Under the pieces are notes generated by a model. It was not told where the DNA came from. It saw only the letters and a program-made list of their open reading frames with translations, and did no database searches. From Candidatus Versatilivorator sp. (lineage in GTDB: Bacteria > Acidobacteriota > Terriglobia > Versatilivoradales > Versatilivoraceae), in the NCBI GenBank assembly GCA_965207735.1, contig OZ242296.1, positions 640,001-704,000 of the forward strand: a stretch of DNA of 64,000 nucleotides, in the 5' to 3' direction. Of the stretch, positions 38,210 to 50,434 are shown in pieces. Every line of letters begins with the position of its first letter. The stretch's first letter is position 1. The position numbers and the translations under genes were made by a program.

Positions 38210-39682
38210 CTAAGCGGGCCCGTGTCCCGCGGGCAGGCTGGATCCAGCCAGGGGAATCGAGACCAGAAAAGATGTTCCTCGGCCAACCTGGCTTTCCACG
38301 GCAATGGTGCCCGCGTGGTCGTCGATGATCTTTTTGGTAATCGACATTCCCAAGCCGAACCCCGTCGGCTTGCCTTGGGTGAAGAAGGGCTGGAAGAGGG
38401 TGGCTTGAGCGTGGGCGGGAATGCCGCCGCCATTGTCGGTGAGCCGGATGCAGGCTTGATCCTCCCGGGTTTCGGTGCGAATCGAGAAGGTGCCTCCACC
38501 CTTGAGCGCATCCTTGGCATTGACCGCGATATTCAGCAGAGCCCGCCTGAATTTGTCCTTGTCGACGGTGACCCGGGCATCGCAGTTGAACTCCCGAACA
38601 AAACGGGTGCCCTTGCCTTGGAACAGGGCCTGGATCTCAATGCAGCAATTCTTCAGAACCTGATCGAGGCTGCAGGTTTCCGGCGACATGCAGGTCTTCT
38701 TGTCGTTGGCGAACTGCAGGATCTCGTCCAGCATCCGTTCCATGCGCTCGACCTCGAAGTGGATGAATGCCAGGCATTCCTGCTTTTTGTCAGCCGACAG
38801 GTCGAAGTCACTCATGACGGAAGCAAAACCCTTGATGACGGTGATGGGCGTTCGGCAGTCGTGGACGATGGTATTGACCATGGTGCCGACCGCCGCCAGC
38901 TTTTCCGTCTTGATTCGTTCCTCCTGACTCTGCCTGATGCGGTCCATCATGTGGTTGAAGTGGTTGGCCAGTCCCTCCAGCTCGTCACCCGTCTTGACTT
39001 GAATTCGGTGAGAAAGGTCGCCCGCGGAGGCCTTCAAGGCTCCGCCGACTATGGTGGAAACGGGGACTGTGATCCGGTTGGCCAAGATACAGGCGCCCAC
39101 AATTCCCGTCACCGCGGCCGCCAGGCCCACCTGCAGGATGACGAGCTGTATTTCCCATACCTGCTGATTCATGCCGTCGGTCGAGAAGCCCAGGCGGACC
39201 GTTCCCCAACGTCCCGGAGACTCGGGCGACAGAACCGGGACCGTGAAATCCAAGACCGGGTCGAAAGAAGAAACCTTGCTTGGGGCGAATCGGAGTCGAC
39301 GAATGAGGGGTTTGCGGGCCTGCAGGGATTGCCGGGCCTCGGCTCCCGTTGGATGGGTGTCGATCAGGGAACTGTCTTCGGAATGGGCTGCCACCTTGCC
39401 TTCCTTGTCATAGACGATGACATAGAGGAGGTCGCTTTCCCCTCGAGCCAGCCGTGCGTTGACTTGGAGCATGCGGTAGTTGTAGGTCTGCAGATGGGTC
39501 AAGTTTGCTCCGCTGGCGAAGATTCGGGCGATGGCGATCCCGCGCTGCCGGGTGTGGTCGCGAATGACTTGGTGCATGCGGTGACTCAGCAAACCAATTG
39601 CCGGCAGGAGGACCGAAGCAAGTAAGAGGACCGTAGCCGATATCAACTTCGTCCTCAGGTTGATTCGGGAAAAAGCGCGCAT
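38210..39682 (-). CDS. Membrane sensor histidine kinase (HAMP-HisKA-HATPase)
   Basis: Two TM segments, HAMP (GDELEGLANHFNHM), HDCRTP, NAKDA, DNGGG, GFGLG. Confidence 0.9.
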   Translation of the reverse strand: MRAFSRINLRTKLISATVLLLASVLLPAIGLLSHRMHQVIRDHTRQRGIAIARIFASGANLTHLQTYNYRMLQVNARLARGESDLLYVIVYDKEGKVAAHSEDSSLIDTHPTGAEARQSLQARKPLIRRLRFAPSKVSSFDPVLDFTVPVLSPESPGRWGTVRLGFSTDGMNQQVWEIQLVILQVGLAAAVTGIVGACILANRITVPVSTIVGGALKASAGDLSHRIQVKTGDELEGLANHFNHMMDRIRQSQEERIKTEKLAAVGTMVNTIVHDCRTPITVIKGFASVMSDFDLSADKKQECLAFIHFEVERMERMLDEILQFANDKKTCMSPETCSLDQVLKNCCIEIQALFQGKGTRFVREFNCDARVTVDKDKFRRALLNIAVNAKDALKGGGTFSIRTETREDQACIRLTDNGGGIPAHAQATLFQPFFTQGKPTGFGLGMSITKKIIDDHAGTIAVESQVGRGTSFLVSIPLAGSSLPAGHGPA

Positions 39683-39986
39683 GTAGGCCTCCAACGGAGG
39701 GAGTCCTGTATGGCGATGCTGCTGGAAGGTGTCGGGGAGGGGGGTATCCTAACACCGCCCATGAAGCCGGTCAACCACTCCGACACCACTCCGATGCCTC
39801 AGCGAACCCCTGCTGGCGGAGCTGCGGGGTCTGTTTGGTTTCCGGAGATTGTGTGATACTTTGGGGCGCTTATCTGCCCGGTGGCAGGAGTCACCGGGCA
39901 GACGAAGCAGCGGCCGGCAGGGCTGTCGGCGACCCCTCTGATGCGAGTGTCGAGGCGTCGACACCCGACCGGCGGTTGGAAGCCCG

Positions 39987-40742
39987 ATGGGGATTCTGAG
40001 CAGTGAAGCCATCATCCTGCGGACCTATCCGCTCAGGGAAACTGACAAGCTGGTGGTGGCCTATACTCGAAAGTACGGCAAAGTGCGCGGGGTGGCTCGT
40101 GGAAGCCGTCGGATCAGAAGCCGCTTTTCCGGCCGGCTGGAACCCTTGTCCTGGGTGGAGCTGGTTGCCTTCGAAGGGCGTAGTCCGGAGCTGGTGTCTA
40201 TCGACAAGGTGGAGTTGCTGAAGGGTTATGGCCTGGCGATGCAGGACTACCAGGCCTACCTGCGTTCCTCCTATTTGTTGGAGCTCCTGATGGAAACGGT
40301 TCCTGAACATGAAGCCAACGACTCTCTATTTCGCCTGTTGTTGCATGTGCTACCGTTGCTGGGGAATAGTCACGACTCCCGGCTGGCCTCCGTCTATTTC
40401 CAGATCTGGCACTTGAAACTGGCAGGGTTGCTGCCCAGCCTTGACGCATGCAGTCGTTGCGGTGCGGCATTGGGCCGTAGTACGGGAGCCTGGTGCCGAT
40501 TGGAAGTTCTGGGACTTTTCTGCCAGGAATGCCGACAAGGTGCGGGACATCGGGTATTCGGGGAGGTCCTGGAGTTGGCTGGTCAGGTGGTGAAGAAGTC
40601 TTTGCCGGATCTGGCCCGCGGGCAATTAGCAAACAAGACCGTTTCCGCGCTTAACGCGGTAGCGGAGGAGATGGTGCAGACCGGCTTTGAGCGGAAGTTC
40701 GATTCGCTGTCGCTGCTGCGGCAGGAGTCCGGGAATCGGTAG
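39987..40742 (+). CDS. recO: DNA repair protein RecO
   Basis: EAIILR..ETDKLV..GKVRGVARG, LEP, Zn finger CSRC..CQEC. Confidence 0.92.
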   Translation: MGILSSEAIILRTYPLRETDKLVVAYTRKYGKVRGVARGSRRIRSRFSGRLEPLSWVELVAFEGRSPELVSIDKVELLKGYGLAMQDYQAYLRSSYLLELLMETVPEHEANDSLFRLLLHVLPLLGNSHDSRLASVYFQIWHLKLAGLLPSLDACSRCGAALGRSTGAWCRLEVLGLFCQECRQGAGHRVFGEVLELAGQVVKKSLPDLARGQLANKTVSALNAVAEEMVQTGFERKFDSLSLLRQESGNR

Positions 40743-40745
40743 ATC

Positions 40746-41594
40746 ATGTGGTTCCAACGACTATTCATGGAATTGCTGACGTTCTGGGCAGAGCAAGGCT
40801 GTGTCATCCACTTGCCCTATGACGTGGAAAAAGGGGCGGGAACCATGAATCCGGAGACCTTTTTCCGGGTTCTGGGGCCTGATTCCTATCGGGTGGCCTA
40901 TCTGGAGCCCAGCCGGCGTCCCGCAGACGGCCGATATGGCGAGAATCCCAACCGGGTCCAAAAGCACCACCAGCTTCAAGTCGTCCTGAAGCCCGGCCCG
41001 CCGGATGTGCAGGCTCTCTATCTGGAGAGTTTGGAGAAGATCGGCATTCAGTTGCGAGCCCACGATATTCGATTTGAAGAGGACAATTGGGAATCGCCCA
41101 CCCTCGGGGCTTGGGGCGCCGGCTGGCAGGTGCTGCTGGACGGGCTGGAGATCACCCAGTTTACCTATTTTCAGCAGGCCGGAGGACTGGAGCTGAATCC
41201 GGTTTCGGTGGAAATTACCTACGGGTTGGAACGAATCGGAATGTTCCTGAACCACTTGTCGGATGTGTTCGATCTGGACTGGAATGCCGGGGTCAGTTAT
41301 CGGGACCTCAGGCACGAGGACGAAGTCCAGTTTTCCCGTTACAATTTCGAAGTTGCCGATGTCGACCGGCACTTCGACTGGTTCACCGGCTATGAAAAGG
41401 AAGCCGACCGCCTGATAGAGATGGGGTTGATCCTGCCGGCCTACGATTACTGTCTCAAATGCTCGCACACCTTCAATGTTCTGGATGCCAGGGGCGCCAT
41501 CAGCGTCTCGGAACGCACCCAGTTGATTCAGCGGGTGCGCACCCTTGCCTGCCGCGTCGCTCAACGATATCTGGCCGGCCGGGACCAACTGTAG
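40746..41594 (+). CDS. glyQ: Glycine-tRNA ligase alpha subunit
   Basis: [36 protein letters not shown]. Confidence 0.97.
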   Translation: MWFQRLFMELLTFWAEQGCVIHLPYDVEKGAGTMNPETFFRVLGPDSYRVAYLEPSRRPADGRYGENPNRVQKHHQLQVVLKPGPPDVQALYLESLEKIGIQLRAHDIRFEEDNWESPTLGAWGAGWQVLLDGLEITQFTYFQQAGGLELNPVSVEITYGLERIGMFLNHLSDVFDLDWNAGVSYRDLRHEDEVQFSRYNFEVADVDRHFDWFTGYEKEADRLIEMGLILPAYDYCLKCSHTFNVLDARGAISVSERTQLIQRVRTLACRVAQRYLAGRDQL

Positions 41595-41671
41595 CCCGCT
41601 CGGGGACCCAATCTGGACCAAGAGGGGCGATTCACCCTGAAGTTTCCGATTAGACTTCCCCACTTAAATCA

Positions 41672-43762
41672 ATGAGATCAGAGTTCTTATTGGAATTAGG
41701 CTGTGAAGAGATACCGGCACGCTTCCTGCCGGCATCCTCCCAGCAGTTGAAACAGAATATTGAACGGATTCTGTCGGTCAATTCTCTGGATCATGACCGA
41801 ATCGACGCCTATTCCACGCCGCGACGCTTGATTGTGCACGCTGCCGGCGTGGCGACCACCCAGCCGGACCAGAGCCGGCTGATCACCGGCCCTCCCTGGA
41901 CCATCGCTTTTGACCAGGACGGCCGTCCCACCGCCGCCGCCCTGGGATTCGCCCGCAAGAACCAGGTCGAGGTGGAGGCTCTCTCGGAGGCAAAGACCAG
42001 GAAGGGCAGTTATCTGTCCTATCAGAGGCAGGTTCCCGGCCGCGAAGCCGTCCGGATCTTGGAGGAGGAGGTTCCCAACGCCATCAAGGAACTGGAATTG
42101 CCCAAGAGCATGAGATGGGAGTCGAGCCGCTTTCTCTTTCTGCGCCCCATACGGTGGATTCTTTGCCTCTTTGACGGGCAGGTGATACCCATTCAACTGG
42201 CTTCCATCCGGGCCGGCGACCGCACTTTCGGGCACCGAATTCTGGCCGGCAACCGTGAAGCGGTGGTGAGGAGTTTTGACGAGTATCGGCAGAAACTTCG
42301 AGAGGCTCAGGTGGAAATCGATCCGATGACGCGGTTGCGTCGGATCCAGGCAGGTCTGGAGTCAGCAGCGGTTGAGCAGGGCGGCGGCCTGGTCGAGGAC
42401 CGAACGCTGCTGCAAACGGTGGCCCACCTGAGCGAGCATCCCGGCGTGGTGTGCGGGAACTTCGACCGGGAGTTCCTGAAGCTCCCGCGGGAGGTCCTCA
42501 TCACGGTGATGCGCGAGCATCAGAAGTATTTTTCGCTTCATGACCGCAAGGGGAAATTGCTCCCCAAATTCCTGGCGGTGGTGGATTCGGACGGGACCCA
42601 TTCCCGACAAATTCAGGCCGGACACGAGCGGGTGCTCAGGGCCCGCCTGTCGGACGCTGTCTTTTTTTGGGAGTCCGACCTGAAGGTCCCCGTGCAGGAC
42701 CGCATCGGATTGCTGAAACAGATTACCTATCAGAGAAATCTCGGCACGTTGTTTCATAAGACTCTTAGAATAAAGGCTTTATCAAAGTTTGTCGTCAAGT
42801 CGATTCGACACCCCGAGCTCCTGTCGCAGGTGGAGCAGGCCGCCGAGTTGTGCAAGACCGATCTGACCACCGAGATGGTCCGGGAATTCAGCAATCTGCA
42901 GGGAGTCATGGGGGGTCTCTACGCCCGCGTCCAGGGCATCGAGGCAGGAGTATCGGAGGCCATATACGATCACTACCTGCCGGTTAGCGCGGAAGACCGT
43001 GTGCCGCGCGGGCTGGCCGGGGCGATTGTTGCCATGGCCGACAAACTGGACACGTTGGCTGGCGCCTTCTGTCTGGGCCTGATTCCCACGGGATCGCGGG
43101 ACCCCCTGGGGTTGCGCCGCCAGGCCCTGGGGGTGATCCGCATCCTGCTGGCAAAAGAACTGGACCTTTCCTGTGAAAGAATGCTGCGCCAGGCCTACCG
43201 GGGAGTTCGCAGGTTTGCCGATCGATCGTGGGAGGAAACCTCTCTGAGTTTCCGGAACTTCCTGAAGGACCGACTGCGTTTCCTATTCCGGGGGCAGGGG
43301 TTTCGCTACGACGAGGTCAACGCGGTGGTGGAGGTGTGTTGGGACAATCCGGTGGAATGCCGGAAGCGGTTGGGCGCCATTGCCGGCATGCGGGAAAGCT
43401 CCGATTTCCGGTCTCTGGCGACCAGTTTCAAGCGTATCAAGAACATTCTGCTGAAAGCCGAAGTGGATCCGCAAGCAGCCTGCGCCATCGATCCGGCACT
43501 GTTTTCAACGCCGGAGGAGGGCCTGCTCCACGGCCAGGTCGTTTCGCTTGACCGCGGGATTTCCAAGGCTATTCGTGCAGGAAGGCACGAGGCGGCTCTG
43601 GGAATGATGGCCTCGCTGAGACCCGCGGTGGACTGCTTCTTTGACCAGGTGCTGGTGATGGACAAGGATCCGTCGGTGCGGAGAAACCGTCTGGCGCTGC
43701 TGACATTTCTCTTGCAGACGTTTCTGAGGGTCGCCGACGTTTCCGAGATGGTGGCGACCTGA
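41672..43762 (+). CDS. glyS: Glycine-tRNA ligase beta subunit
   Basis: [33 protein letters not shown]. Confidence 0.96.
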   Translation: MRSEFLLELGCEEIPARFLPASSQQLKQNIERILSVNSLDHDRIDAYSTPRRLIVHAAGVATTQPDQSRLITGPPWTIAFDQDGRPTAAALGFARKNQVEVEALSEAKTRKGSYLSYQRQVPGREAVRILEEEVPNAIKELELPKSMRWESSRFLFLRPIRWILCLFDGQVIPIQLASIRAGDRTFGHRILAGNREAVVRSFDEYRQKLREAQVEIDPMTRLRRIQAGLESAAVEQGGGLVEDRTLLQTVAHLSEHPGVVCGNFDREFLKLPREVLITVMREHQKYFSLHDRKGKLLPKFLAVVDSDGTHSRQIQAGHERVLRARLSDAVFFWESDLKVPVQDRIGLLKQITYQRNLGTLFHKTLRIKALSKFVVKSIRHPELLSQVEQAAELCKTDLTTEMVREFSNLQGVMGGLYARVQGIEAGVSEAIYDHYLPVSAEDRVPRGLAGAIVAMADKLDTLAGAFCLGLIPTGSRDPLGLRRQALGVIRILLAKELDLSCERMLRQAYRGVRRFADRSWEETSLSFRNFLKDRLRFLFRGQGFRYDEVNAVVEVCWDNPVECRKRLGAIAGMRESSDFRSLATSFKRIKNILLKAEVDPQAACAIDPALFSTPEEGLLHGQVVSLDRGISKAIRAGRHEAALGMMASLRPAVDCFFDQVLVMDKDPSVRRNRLALLTFLLQTFLRVADVSEMVAT

Positions 43763-43845
43763 TGGCAGATGTCGGCGCGTCGACATTGCCTTATTCGAGA
43801 GTTGCCCGGGACAGGAGTCCTGGCGAGTTGAATCGGAGAGCGACA

Positions 43846-46605
43846 ATGGCTGAACAGTCGGTTTACTTTTTTGGCGACGGCAGGGCCGACGGTCGGGCTG
43901 ACATGAAGAGCCTGCTGGGCGGGAAGGGAGCCAATCTGGCGGAGATGACCAACCTGGGACTGCCGGTCCCCCCCGGGTTCACCATCTCGACCGAGGTCTG
44001 CGACCACTATTACAGGGAAAAGGAGCAATATCCCATCGGCCTGTCCGATGAGGTTTCCCAAGCGCTCCATGAAATGGAAGAGCTTATGGAAATGCGGTTC
44101 GGCGATGCCCAAAATCCCTTGCTGGTTTCGGTGCGCTCAGGGGCCCGGGCCTCGATGCCTGGCATGATGGACACTGTCCTGAACCTGGGATTGAACGACA
44201 GCACGGTTGAGGGACTGGCCCTGCGAACCGGCAATGCGAGGTTTGCCTGGGATTCGTATCGCCGGTTCGTACAAATGTACGGAAACGTCGTACTTGGAAT
44301 GAAGCCAATCCGCAAGGACGAAGTCGATCCCTTCGAGCGCATGATCGAGGCGAAGAAGGAAACACGCGGGCTGGTCCTGGATACGGAATTCACAACGACC
44401 GATCTCCAGGATCTGGTGATTCTCTTCAAGCGTGAAATCAGACAGCGGGTAGGAGTGGACTTTCCCGACGATCCCCATCAACAGCTATGGGGCGCCATCG
44501 GAGCCGTGTTCGGTTCCTGGATGAACCCGCGTGCCGAAGAGTATCGAAGGCTCAACGCAATTCCTTCCAGTTGGGGAACGGCCGTCAACGTGCAGGCCAT
44601 GGTGTTCGGGAACATGGGATCCGACTCGGGTTCCGGGGTGGCCTTCACCAGGGACGCCGCAACCGGGGAAAACGTGCTCTACGGGGAGTACCTTGGAAAC
44701 GCTCAGGGGGAGGATGTGGTGTCGGGGGCCCGAACCCCCGCCGCCATTGCCGAACTGGCTCGCGAGAGACCGGAGTTGTATGGCCAGTTGGATCGAGCCC
44801 GCGGGATCTTGGAGAAGCACTATCGGGACATGCTGGATATCGAGTTCACCATCCAGCAGGGGACGTTCTACCTGTTGCAGTGTCGGGTCGGGAAGCGAAC
44901 TGCATTCGCCGCCATCAGGATTGCCGTCGACATGGTGGATGAAGGGCTGATCACTCCCGAGGAAGCGCTGCTGAGAGTGGAGCCGGATCAACTGAACCAG
45001 CTCTTGAGGCCCGTATTCGATCCGGCGGAGAAGGCGGCGGCCATCGAGCAGGGCCGTTTACTGGCCAAGGGTCTCAACGCCGGCCCTGGCGCCGCCGTCG
45101 GCCGAGTGGTCTTCAACGCACCGGACGCAGAAGAGTGGAAGAGTCGTGGGGAACGGGTCATTCTGACCCGCATCGAGACTTCGCCTGAGGATATCAAGGG
45201 AATGAACGCGGCCGAGGGGATCCTGACGGCTCGGGGAGGCACGACCTCCCATGCGGCTCTGGTCGCCAGGCAAATGGGCAAGGTGTGCGTTGCCGGCTGC
45301 AGCGCCTTGGCCATCGATTACTCTCAACGCCACATGAGAGTCAACGGACGGGTCATCCGGGAGGGTGATTTCCTGTCATTGGACGGAACCACCGGCGAGG
45401 TGATCCAGGGGCCCATTGCGGCACGAGATTCGGAGGTTCTACAAGTTCTCCTGCACGAGGTATCTGAAAAGCAGGAGGCCCAGGTTTATCGGCAGTATCG
45501 GAAACTGATGGAATGGGCGGACCGGGTTCGTACGCTGGCCATCCGCGCCAACGCGGATCAGGCGGACCAGGCAGCTGCCGCCATCGCGTTCGGGGCTGAG
45601 GGGATCGGTTTGTGCCGAACCGAGCACATGTTCTTCGGCGAGGGAGAGATCGGCCCGATGCGGGAAATGATCCTGGCCTCGACTCCGGAAATGCGGGAAC
45701 GCGCCTTGTCCAAGCTCCTGCCGCTCCAGCGGGAGGATTTCGAGCACATTTTCGAAGTGATGGAAGGCAGGCCGGTCACCATCCGAACCCTTGATCCGCC
45801 TCTTCACGAGTTCCTGCCTCACGAGGCGTCGGCTCAGAGAGAGTTGGCTTCGGACATGGGCGTTTCCTTTGAGGCGGTCAAGGCGAAAGTGGATTCATTT
45901 CACGAGTTCAATCCCATGATCGGTTTTCGCGGCTGCCGCCTGGGAATCGTCTATCCCGAAATCACCCGGATGCAGGCGCAGGCGATCTTCGAGGCGGCCG
46001 CCAACGTCATCGGTCGAGGAATGAAAGCCGTGCCGGAGGTCATGATCCCCCTGGTCGGTAACGTCAAGGAACTGGAAGATCAGGCTAAGATCGTGCGGCA
46101 AGTGGCAAGACAGGTGATGGATTCCCGAAAACTGGAGATCGAGTTTCAGGTGGGCACCATGATCGAGGTTCCCAGGGGGGCTCTCACCGCGGACGAAATT
46201 GCGCGTTCGGCGGACTTCTTCAGCTTCGGAACCAATGACTTGACTCAAACCACCTTGGCTTTGAGCCGAGATGATGCCGACCGGTTCCTGGTGCCCTATC
46301 TGCAGCAGGACATTTATCCCAGGGATCCATTCCAGTCCCTTGACGTGGCTGGAGTTGGAGAGTTGATGAGGATTGCGGTGGTGAAGGGGCGGTCCACCCG
46401 GCCTGAAATCAAGATCGGGATTTGCGGTGAACATGGGGGCGATCCCGCCAGCATCGAGTTCTGCCATCAACTGGAGCAGGACTATGTCAGTTGTTCCCCG
46501 TATCGGGTTCCCATTGCCCGTCTGGCCGCAGCCCAAGCGGCGATCAAGCTCTCTCAGCCAGCTCCCGAGACGTCCGAAAAAGTCAGGGCCACCGCACGCG
46601 GGTGA
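43846..46605 (+). CDS. ppdK: Pyruvate, phosphate dikinase
   Basis: [44 protein letters not shown]. Confidence 0.97.
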   Translation: MAEQSVYFFGDGRADGRADMKSLLGGKGANLAEMTNLGLPVPPGFTISTEVCDHYYREKEQYPIGLSDEVSQALHEMEELMEMRFGDAQNPLLVSVRSGARASMPGMMDTVLNLGLNDSTVEGLALRTGNARFAWDSYRRFVQMYGNVVLGMKPIRKDEVDPFERMIEAKKETRGLVLDTEFTTTDLQDLVILFKREIRQRVGVDFPDDPHQQLWGAIGAVFGSWMNPRAEEYRRLNAIPSSWGTAVNVQAMVFGNMGSDSGSGVAFTRDAATGENVLYGEYLGNAQGEDVVSGARTPAAIAELARERPELYGQLDRARGILEKHYRDMLDIEFTIQQGTFYLLQCRVGKRTAFAAIRIAVDMVDEGLITPEEALLRVEPDQLNQLLRPVFDPAEKAAAIEQGRLLAKGLNAGPGAAVGRVVFNAPDAEEWKSRGERVILTRIETSPEDIKGMNAAEGILTARGGTTSHAALVARQMGKVCVAGCSALAIDYSQRHMRVNGRVIREGDFLSLDGTTGEVIQGPIAARDSEVLQVLLHEVSEKQEAQVYRQYRKLMEWADRVRTLAIRANADQADQAAAAIAFGAEGIGLCRTEHMFFGEGEIGPMREMILASTPEMRERALSKLLPLQREDFEHIFEVMEGRPVTIRTLDPPLHEFLPHEASAQRELASDMGVSFEAVKAKVDSFHEFNPMIGFRGCRLGIVYPEITRMQAQAIFEAAANVIGRGMKAVPEVMIPLVGNVKELEDQAKIVRQVARQVMDSRKLEIEFQVGTMIEVPRGALTADEIARSADFFSFGTNDLTQTTLALSRDDADRFLVPYLQQDIYPRDPFQSLDVAGVGELMRIAVVKGRSTRPEIKIGICGEHGGDPASIEFCHQLEQDYVSCSPYRVPIARLAAAQAAIKLSQPAPETSEKVRATARG

Positions 46606-46661
46606 AACCCGGCGGTCATCCCTGCGTCATTGCGGAGCACACGACTCTCACCTGGTGAGCC

Positions 46662-46778
46662 GTGCGCATTGAAATCCTGACGGGGGGAGACGGTCCCGGA
46701 CTGAATCCCTGCATCGAGCGAGACCACTATCGCCCCAGGGTCCCCCAGGTGGACGGAAAGCCGATGTTTCTTTACCAA
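46662..46778 (+). pseudogene. pfk: 6-phosphofructokinase remnant (N- and C-termini fused after an internal deletion)
   Basis: VRIEILTGGDGPGLNPCI matches the PFK N-terminal GILTGGGDxPGLN motif. It is followed directly by YRPRVPQVDGKPMFLY, resembling a PFK C-terminus as recalled. Confidence 0.6.
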
Positions 46779-46875
46779 CTCGGAGATTGGGTCTATAATG
46801 ATTATATAGTACCACTAGAAAAAGACGCAAAACCAACGTTTGTCGATTCCGAAGGTCTTTCCGAGGAGCAATGCC

Positions 46876-47901
46876 ATGCTGCAACCGAAAGCGTACCTTG
46901 GGCTCGTCGTCCTGCTGTTTACCGACATTGGGGCGGTGAACGCCAACGAAACGGCCGCATACTTCATCTCGGCCAAGTCGGGCATGATCAACTACGTGGA
47001 GGGTGAGCCTACGGTGAGTAATCCCGAGCTTTCTCAGCCACGGCCGGTCGGGCCCCGGCACCAGCTCGCCAAGGGGGATGTGCTGCAGACGACGGGGGAC
47101 CAGAGGGTGGAAATGCTGCTCAACCCGGGAACCTATCTGCGAGTGGCGGAAAACAGCCGGGTTCGGGTTCTGGCGACTGCCTTCGACGACATGCGTTTTG
47201 CCCTGGAAGAAGGCATCGCAATCGTGGAATCGCTGAGCCTGCGGCGCAAGGTCCACCGGCTTCAGGTCCTGACGCCGTCCGGAGAACTGAGAGTGCTCAA
47301 AAAGGGTTTGTATCGCTTCGCTGTCGATGCGGCCGGCCAGGTTCAGGTGACGGTATTCAAAGGCAAGCTGAAGTGGACCAGAGATCAGGTCAAGATCGCG
47401 GCTCTGAAATCGGGAAAGACCTTCAATCTCAACCGTTCCGCAAGAGGACGATTGCGCTACAGCAAGGTGGGAGAAGATTTCTTCGACGATACCGATCGCT
47501 GGAGCCGAGAACGGGCGGTTGCGTTGATCGCCGCCAACTCCAAGATTCCCTCCTGGATGTCTCGGTCGGCCCTGTCCAGGTATGGCTTCCGGTCGAGTGG
47601 GGGTTGGGTCTATGACCCGTTTTCCCGGATGCATACCTTCATCCCGTTCCATTCCCTGCTGAGGTCGCCCTACGGCTTGGCCTACGGCAACTATTGCCCC
47701 ACCTGGCGTTCCTACGGTCCCGTCTACGCATCCAGAGGCTACGGCGGTTCCAGTCTTGGCAGGTCGAGTTCTACCTATATACCGGCCACAACCAGCGTGC
47801 ACCGGTCTTCGGCAGCCACTTCCACCTCCAGCAGTATTGCCGCCGGTTCAGGGGCTCAACAGAGCCGCGCCGCAGCCAGCAGCAGCGTTCGCGGGAGGTA
47901 A
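46876..47901 (+). CDS. Secreted FecR-domain protein
   Basis: Signal-like N-terminus, INYVEGE, GDVLQT..RVEMLLNPGTYLRVAENS, Ser-rich tail. Confidence 0.7.
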   Translation: MLQPKAYLGLVVLLFTDIGAVNANETAAYFISAKSGMINYVEGEPTVSNPELSQPRPVGPRHQLAKGDVLQTTGDQRVEMLLNPGTYLRVAENSRVRVLATAFDDMRFALEEGIAIVESLSLRRKVHRLQVLTPSGELRVLKKGLYRFAVDAAGQVQVTVFKGKLKWTRDQVKIAALKSGKTFNLNRSARGRLRYSKVGEDFFDDTDRWSRERAVALIAANSKIPSWMSRSALSRYGFRSSGGWVYDPFSRMHTFIPFHSLLRSPYGLAYGNYCPTWRSYGPVYASRGYGGSSLGRSSSTYIPATTSVHRSSAATSTSSSIAAGSGAQQSRAAASSSVRGR

Positions 47902-47980
47902 CTTCCCGGCCCGCTGACTCAGCCTGACCGTTCCGCACGAGACTAGGCTTCTTTCGGCATCCCCGAATTGTCGGTATAAT

Positions 47981-49216
47981 TTGGGAAAAACCCGTGGGAG
48001 AAGCATCGTGGCACTTTCGAACCGTTGCGCGCTGGGCGGCCTGCTGCTGGTCATTCTTGTCGGAGCACCCCTGAACCTGTTGACGGCCGAGGGGCCTATC
48101 AGCCGGGAGGAACTTCTGGCCCTGGTCACCACCGCCCGCATGGGAGCGGTGACTCCCCAACAGGTGGTGGAGTTGATCGGGGAGCGGGGGATCGGCTTTC
48201 GAGTCAAGGACATTCTCCTGCAGGAACTGAAAGCTCGCCAGGCCGATCCTGCCATCATCCGGGCAGTGCAGGAAAACGGCCGCACTCAACCGGGTGCATC
48301 GCCCCTGAGACCCCCGCCGGGAGTTGCGCCTCCACCGCTGGTCTTTATCCCACCTCCTGATGAACCGGTGGCAACCGAGCCGCCGGCAGCGGGTTCTCCG
48401 GCAAGTCCCGAGCCGCCAGCACCGGGTTCGGTGGCAACTCCCGCGCCGTCAGCAACCGCGGCTCCGGCTGCAACGCCCGTGCGCTCCGGATTGCCGGACC
48501 GGGAGTCCTGGCCGAAATTCCTGGAAGACGTGCGCAGAACAGCAATGGCCTATACCGACAACCTGCCGAATTTCATCTGTACCCAGATCACCCAGCGTTA
48601 TTTGCGCCGCCTTCCCAAGACGGGTTGGGTGCGGATGGACAACTTCGTGGCGGAGTTGTCCTACTACGACAAACAAGAGCACTATAAGCTGGTGTCGGTC
48701 GGGAATCGCTCGGCGGCCTCCAATGCCACGCTGGAATCGCTCAAGGGAACAACCTCGACAGGCGAGTTCGGATCCTCCTTGAATTTCCTGTTCGATCCCG
48801 CAACCCGGACCTTTTTCCGCTTTGAGGGGATCGACCACAGCCGTGGCGCGCCCACCGTGCGTGTCGGTTTTCGAGTGCCTAAGGACACCTCCAAGAGAAG
48901 TATCATATTCAGGGACGGGACCACCGAACTGGGCGTAGTCACGCCTTATCGGGGGCGATGCTGGATTGATCCGGACTCGATGCAGGTCGTCCAGATCAAG
49001 GAGCGGGCTTATAGAATCCCCGATACCTTCCCCATAACACGCTCGGAGGGTTCCACCGAGTACAACCAGGTGGATATCGCGGGGCAGCAACACTGGCTTC
49101 CGGTCCGGGCGGAGGTCCTGATGGAGAATGGCACGGCCAGGCTCCACACCAGGAATGTCATCCAGTTCAAGCAGTACCGCAAGTTCGGCAGCGAGGTGAA
49201 GTTCCTGTCCGACTGA
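47981..49216 (+). CDS. Exported hypothetical protein with a Pro/Ala linker (start uncertain)
   Basis: Long ORF, N-terminal hydrophobic segment, AYTDNLPNFIC domain. Confidence 0.7.
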   Translation: MGKTRGRSIVALSNRCALGGLLLVILVGAPLNLLTAEGPISREELLALVTTARMGAVTPQQVVELIGERGIGFRVKDILLQELKARQADPAIIRAVQENGRTQPGASPLRPPPGVAPPPLVFIPPPDEPVATEPPAAGSPASPEPPAPGSVATPAPSATAAPAATPVRSGLPDRESWPKFLEDVRRTAMAYTDNLPNFICTQITQRYLRRLPKTGWVRMDNFVAELSYYDKQEHYKLVSVGNRSAASNATLESLKGTTSTGEFGSSLNFLFDPATRTFFRFEGIDHSRGAPTVRVGFRVPKDTSKRSIIFRDGTTELGVVTPYRGRCWIDPDSMQVVQIKERAYRIPDTFPITRSEGSTEYNQVDIAGQQHWLPVRAEVLMENGTARLHTRNVIQFKQYRKFGSEVKFLSD

Positions 49217-49325
49217 GGGGCAGGCCACCGATCGCTGTCGGCTCTTCAGCTAGCCCGCAATCGTCGCCTTCGATTGCTAGCCACGACCACCGGCCACGCC
49301 CTACTGCGTACTCAAAGTCACTCCT

Positions 49326-50339
49326 TTATCGATTAAACCGTGACGATTGCCCTGCTTCCTCCAGGAAGGTGGCGGTGCGCAGGTAGTTTCCGTCGCTACG
49401 GATGGTGACGGCCCCCTGTCGGTCGGTGCGGAACAATTGCACGGGAAGTGTCTTCAAACGGCGAACCACCTCGGGGTGAGGATGGCCGAAGGGGTTGACC
49501 TTACCCGCCGAAATAACGGCAAGCACCGGATTGACCCGGTTCAGGAAGAGTAAGGAGGATGAGGTCCAGCTTCCATGGTGGGCTACCTTCAAGACATCGG
49601 CTTGGAGGCCACGTCCGAGGGCTGCCAGGCATTCCTCGACCGGCTCCTCGATATCACCGGTCAACAAGAAGGACCTGCGCCCGAAGGTCATTCTCAAAAC
49701 CAGGGAATCGTTGTTGAGATTTCCGTCGGAGGGGCCGCAACCCGGATTGAGAAATTCCAGTCCGGCCCCATGAACATTGAGCGTGTCCCCGGCTTGAAAA
49801 GCTCGGATCCTGAGGCCGCGTGCTTCCGCCTTTTTGAGCAGTGCGAGCAGATCGGGGGAAACGGGGCCGTTTCCAAGCCAGAATTCCTTGACCTCGAAGT
49901 TGTCCAGAATAAACCCCAGACCTCCCATATGGTCCTGGTGGGCATGGGTCAGGATCACCGCTTCCAGCGATCGGACGCCGCGGCTCCGGAGATAAGGCGC
50001 GACCACCTGCTCACCGACGTCAAAAGCGGACCCCACGATCTCGGATCGGTGGCCGGCCCCGGACCAACTGCCACCGCCATCGACCAGAGTGTGCCCGCCG
50101 TTCGGCCAGCCTACCAGGATGCTGTCTCCTTGCCGCACATCCAGAAACGTCAAACTCATCTCCTGCGATCCGGATTTGACCCCTTGTCCGCCTGAAAGCA
50201 GGACCGTCAGGGATGCCAGCCAGATGACGGCGCCGGACAGCCTCAGGAGGCGAGGGACTCTTGTGGCGACCCACAGGGCCAGGGAGCCGTAGTAGGCCAA
50301 CACCCAGGCCAGGGGAACCTGGGGCAGGGAAAAGCCTAG
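49326..50339 (-). pseudogene. comEC: ComEC/Rec2 3' part (metallo-beta-lactamase domain), split by IS1380
   Basis: LDVRQGDS, THAHQDHMGG, NNDSLVL, VAHHGS, NPFGHPH. Confidence 0.9.
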
Positions 50340-50434
50340 CCCGCATTTCTCACCAGAGGTAGGAAGCATCGGTTCTCGGAATCTGGTAAAATACTCTTGT
50401 CTAAGGAGTTAACCAGATTCTTAAAGGAGAACCG

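Noticed and set aside
49250-49280. CTAG-CCCGCA...CTAG mini-element resembling an IS1380 footprint
   Set aside because: Only 6 bp match the IR, and it is equally explained as a terminator hairpin between convergent genes.
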